Part shown: in pieces, positions 6,195 to 6,814 of the stretch
How positions within the stretch are numbered: the first letter of the stretch is position 1
Layout: each line of letters starts with the position of its first letter
NCBI GenBank assembly: GCA_013416795.1
Contig: RQSC01001163.1
Location: forward strand, 1 to 6,814
Reading direction: 5' to 3'
DNA: 6,814 nucleotides
DNA from: Prasinococcaceae sp. CCMP 1430
Taxonomy: Eukaryota; Plantae; Prasinodermophyta
Position numbers and translations under genes: made by a program
Notes under the pieces: model-generated
Seen by the model: the letters and a program-made list of their open reading frames with translations, nothing else
Told to the model about the DNA's origin: nothing
Database searches by the model: none

Positions 6195-6230
6195 ACAACT
6201 AAAAAAAATAAAAGTCTTTTTTTTAGTTGT
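6195..6230 (-). terminator. 3' stem-loop downstream of rpl9
   Basis: acaactaaaaaaaa (6195-6208) pairs perfectly with ttttttttagttgt (6217-6230): 14-bp stem, 8-nt loop, 30 nt past the rpl9 stop. No clear U-tail follows, so it may be a processing/stability element rather than a true terminator. Confidence 0.6.
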
Positions 6231-6260
6231 GTAAATTAAATCTTAATTATGGTTTTATTT

Positions 6261-6707
6261 TTATTCTGGAACAACTTGAATTTTCATAATTGCTTTTACA
6301 TTAGAATCTAATTTTATTATAATTTCATAGATTCCGGTAGTTTTAATTTCTGGAACAGAAATTAATGGAGAATCAATAGGTTGATTTATAAAACTAGATA
6401 TTTTATCTGCGATTTCTTTTTTATTTACTTTTCCAAATAAAATACCTTGTTCTCCTACTTTTTTATATATAGTAAAACGCCCAATTGTTTCTAGTGTTTC
6501 TTTTTGTTGTAGTGCTAAATTTTTAAATTCAATTTTTTTTTGTTGTTCAATCAATAATTTTTTGTTATGTTGTTTAATAATATTCGGTGTTGCAAATAAA
6601 GCAAAACCTTTAGGAATTAAAAAGTTTCTAGCATATCCCTTCGAAACATCTACAAGATCTCCAAATTTGCCCAATTTTGGAACATTTGTCAATAAGATTA
6701 TTTGCAT
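6261..6707 (-). CDS. rpl9: 50S ribosomal protein L9 (bL9), 148 aa
   Basis: N-terminal bL9 signature LGKFGDLVDVSKGYARNFLIPKGFA, a long charged linker helix, and a C-terminal domain with GEQGILFGKV and IKTTGIYEIIIKL. AAGGA SD at 6719-6715, 7 nt before the ATG. Confidence 0.96.
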   Translation of the reverse strand: MQIILLTNVPKLGKFGDLVDVSKGYARNFLIPKGFALFATPNIIKQHNKKLLIEQQKKIEFKNLALQQKETLETIGRFTIYKKVGEQGILFGKVNKKEIADKISSFINQPIDSPLISVPEIKTTGIYEIIIKLDSNVKAIMKIQVVPE

Positions 6708-6729
6708 ATATTTTTCCTTTGTATGGAGG

Positions 6730-6814
6730 ATTTTAAAAAATATGTATTTATTTTAACATTGAATTAATAAATTTTATTAATTCAATGTTAAAATAAATAC
6801 ATATTTTTTAAAAT
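6730..6814. repeat. Perfect palindrome, 42-bp arms with a 1-nt centre, truncated by the window end
   Basis: Checked base by base: 6730-6771 (attttaaaaaatatgtatttattttaacattgaattaataaa) is the exact reverse complement of 6773-6814. Centre is t6772. Confidence 0.97.

Noticed and set aside
6562-6756. 64-aa plus-strand ORF, and the plus-strand GGAGG at 6725-6729
   Set aside because: The ORF is antisense to rpl9. The ATG after the GGAGG (6742) gives only MYLF-stop.
1-6814. CRISPR array, transposase/IS, group I/II intron, or alternative genetic code
   Set aside because: No regularly spaced repeats, mobile-element ORFs or intron motifs. trnK and rpl2 are uninterrupted, and conserved Trp residues use TGG while TGA terminates ccsA.

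Overview
This is a very AT-rich, gene-dense segment of a plastid genome, read with the standard bacterial/plastid code (TGA is a stop, TGG is Trp). Gene order is [rpl2 partial - rpl23 - rpl3 - trnC(GCA)] on the minus strand, then [groES - groEL] on the plus strand, then [orf145 - ccsA - ycf34 - trnK(UUU) - rpl9] on the minus strand. A plastid-type groEL with groES retained, together with rpl3, rpl9 and ycf34 and no rpl4 between rpl3 and rpl23, points most simply to a glaucophyte plastid (cyanelle/muroplast). That assignment is inference. The apparent rpl2 truncation is an assembly artefact: a 16-bp duplication around an N. The sequence features not explained by known genes are (i) a perfect 85-nt palindrome running to the last base of the window, (ii) a 93-nt near-perfect palindrome at the groEL/orf145 convergence that encodes the last 26 codons of orf145, and (iii) orf145 itself, an unrecognised hydrophobic ORF overlapping the end of ccsA. 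I cannot support a claim of a new biological system. These three are the best leads.
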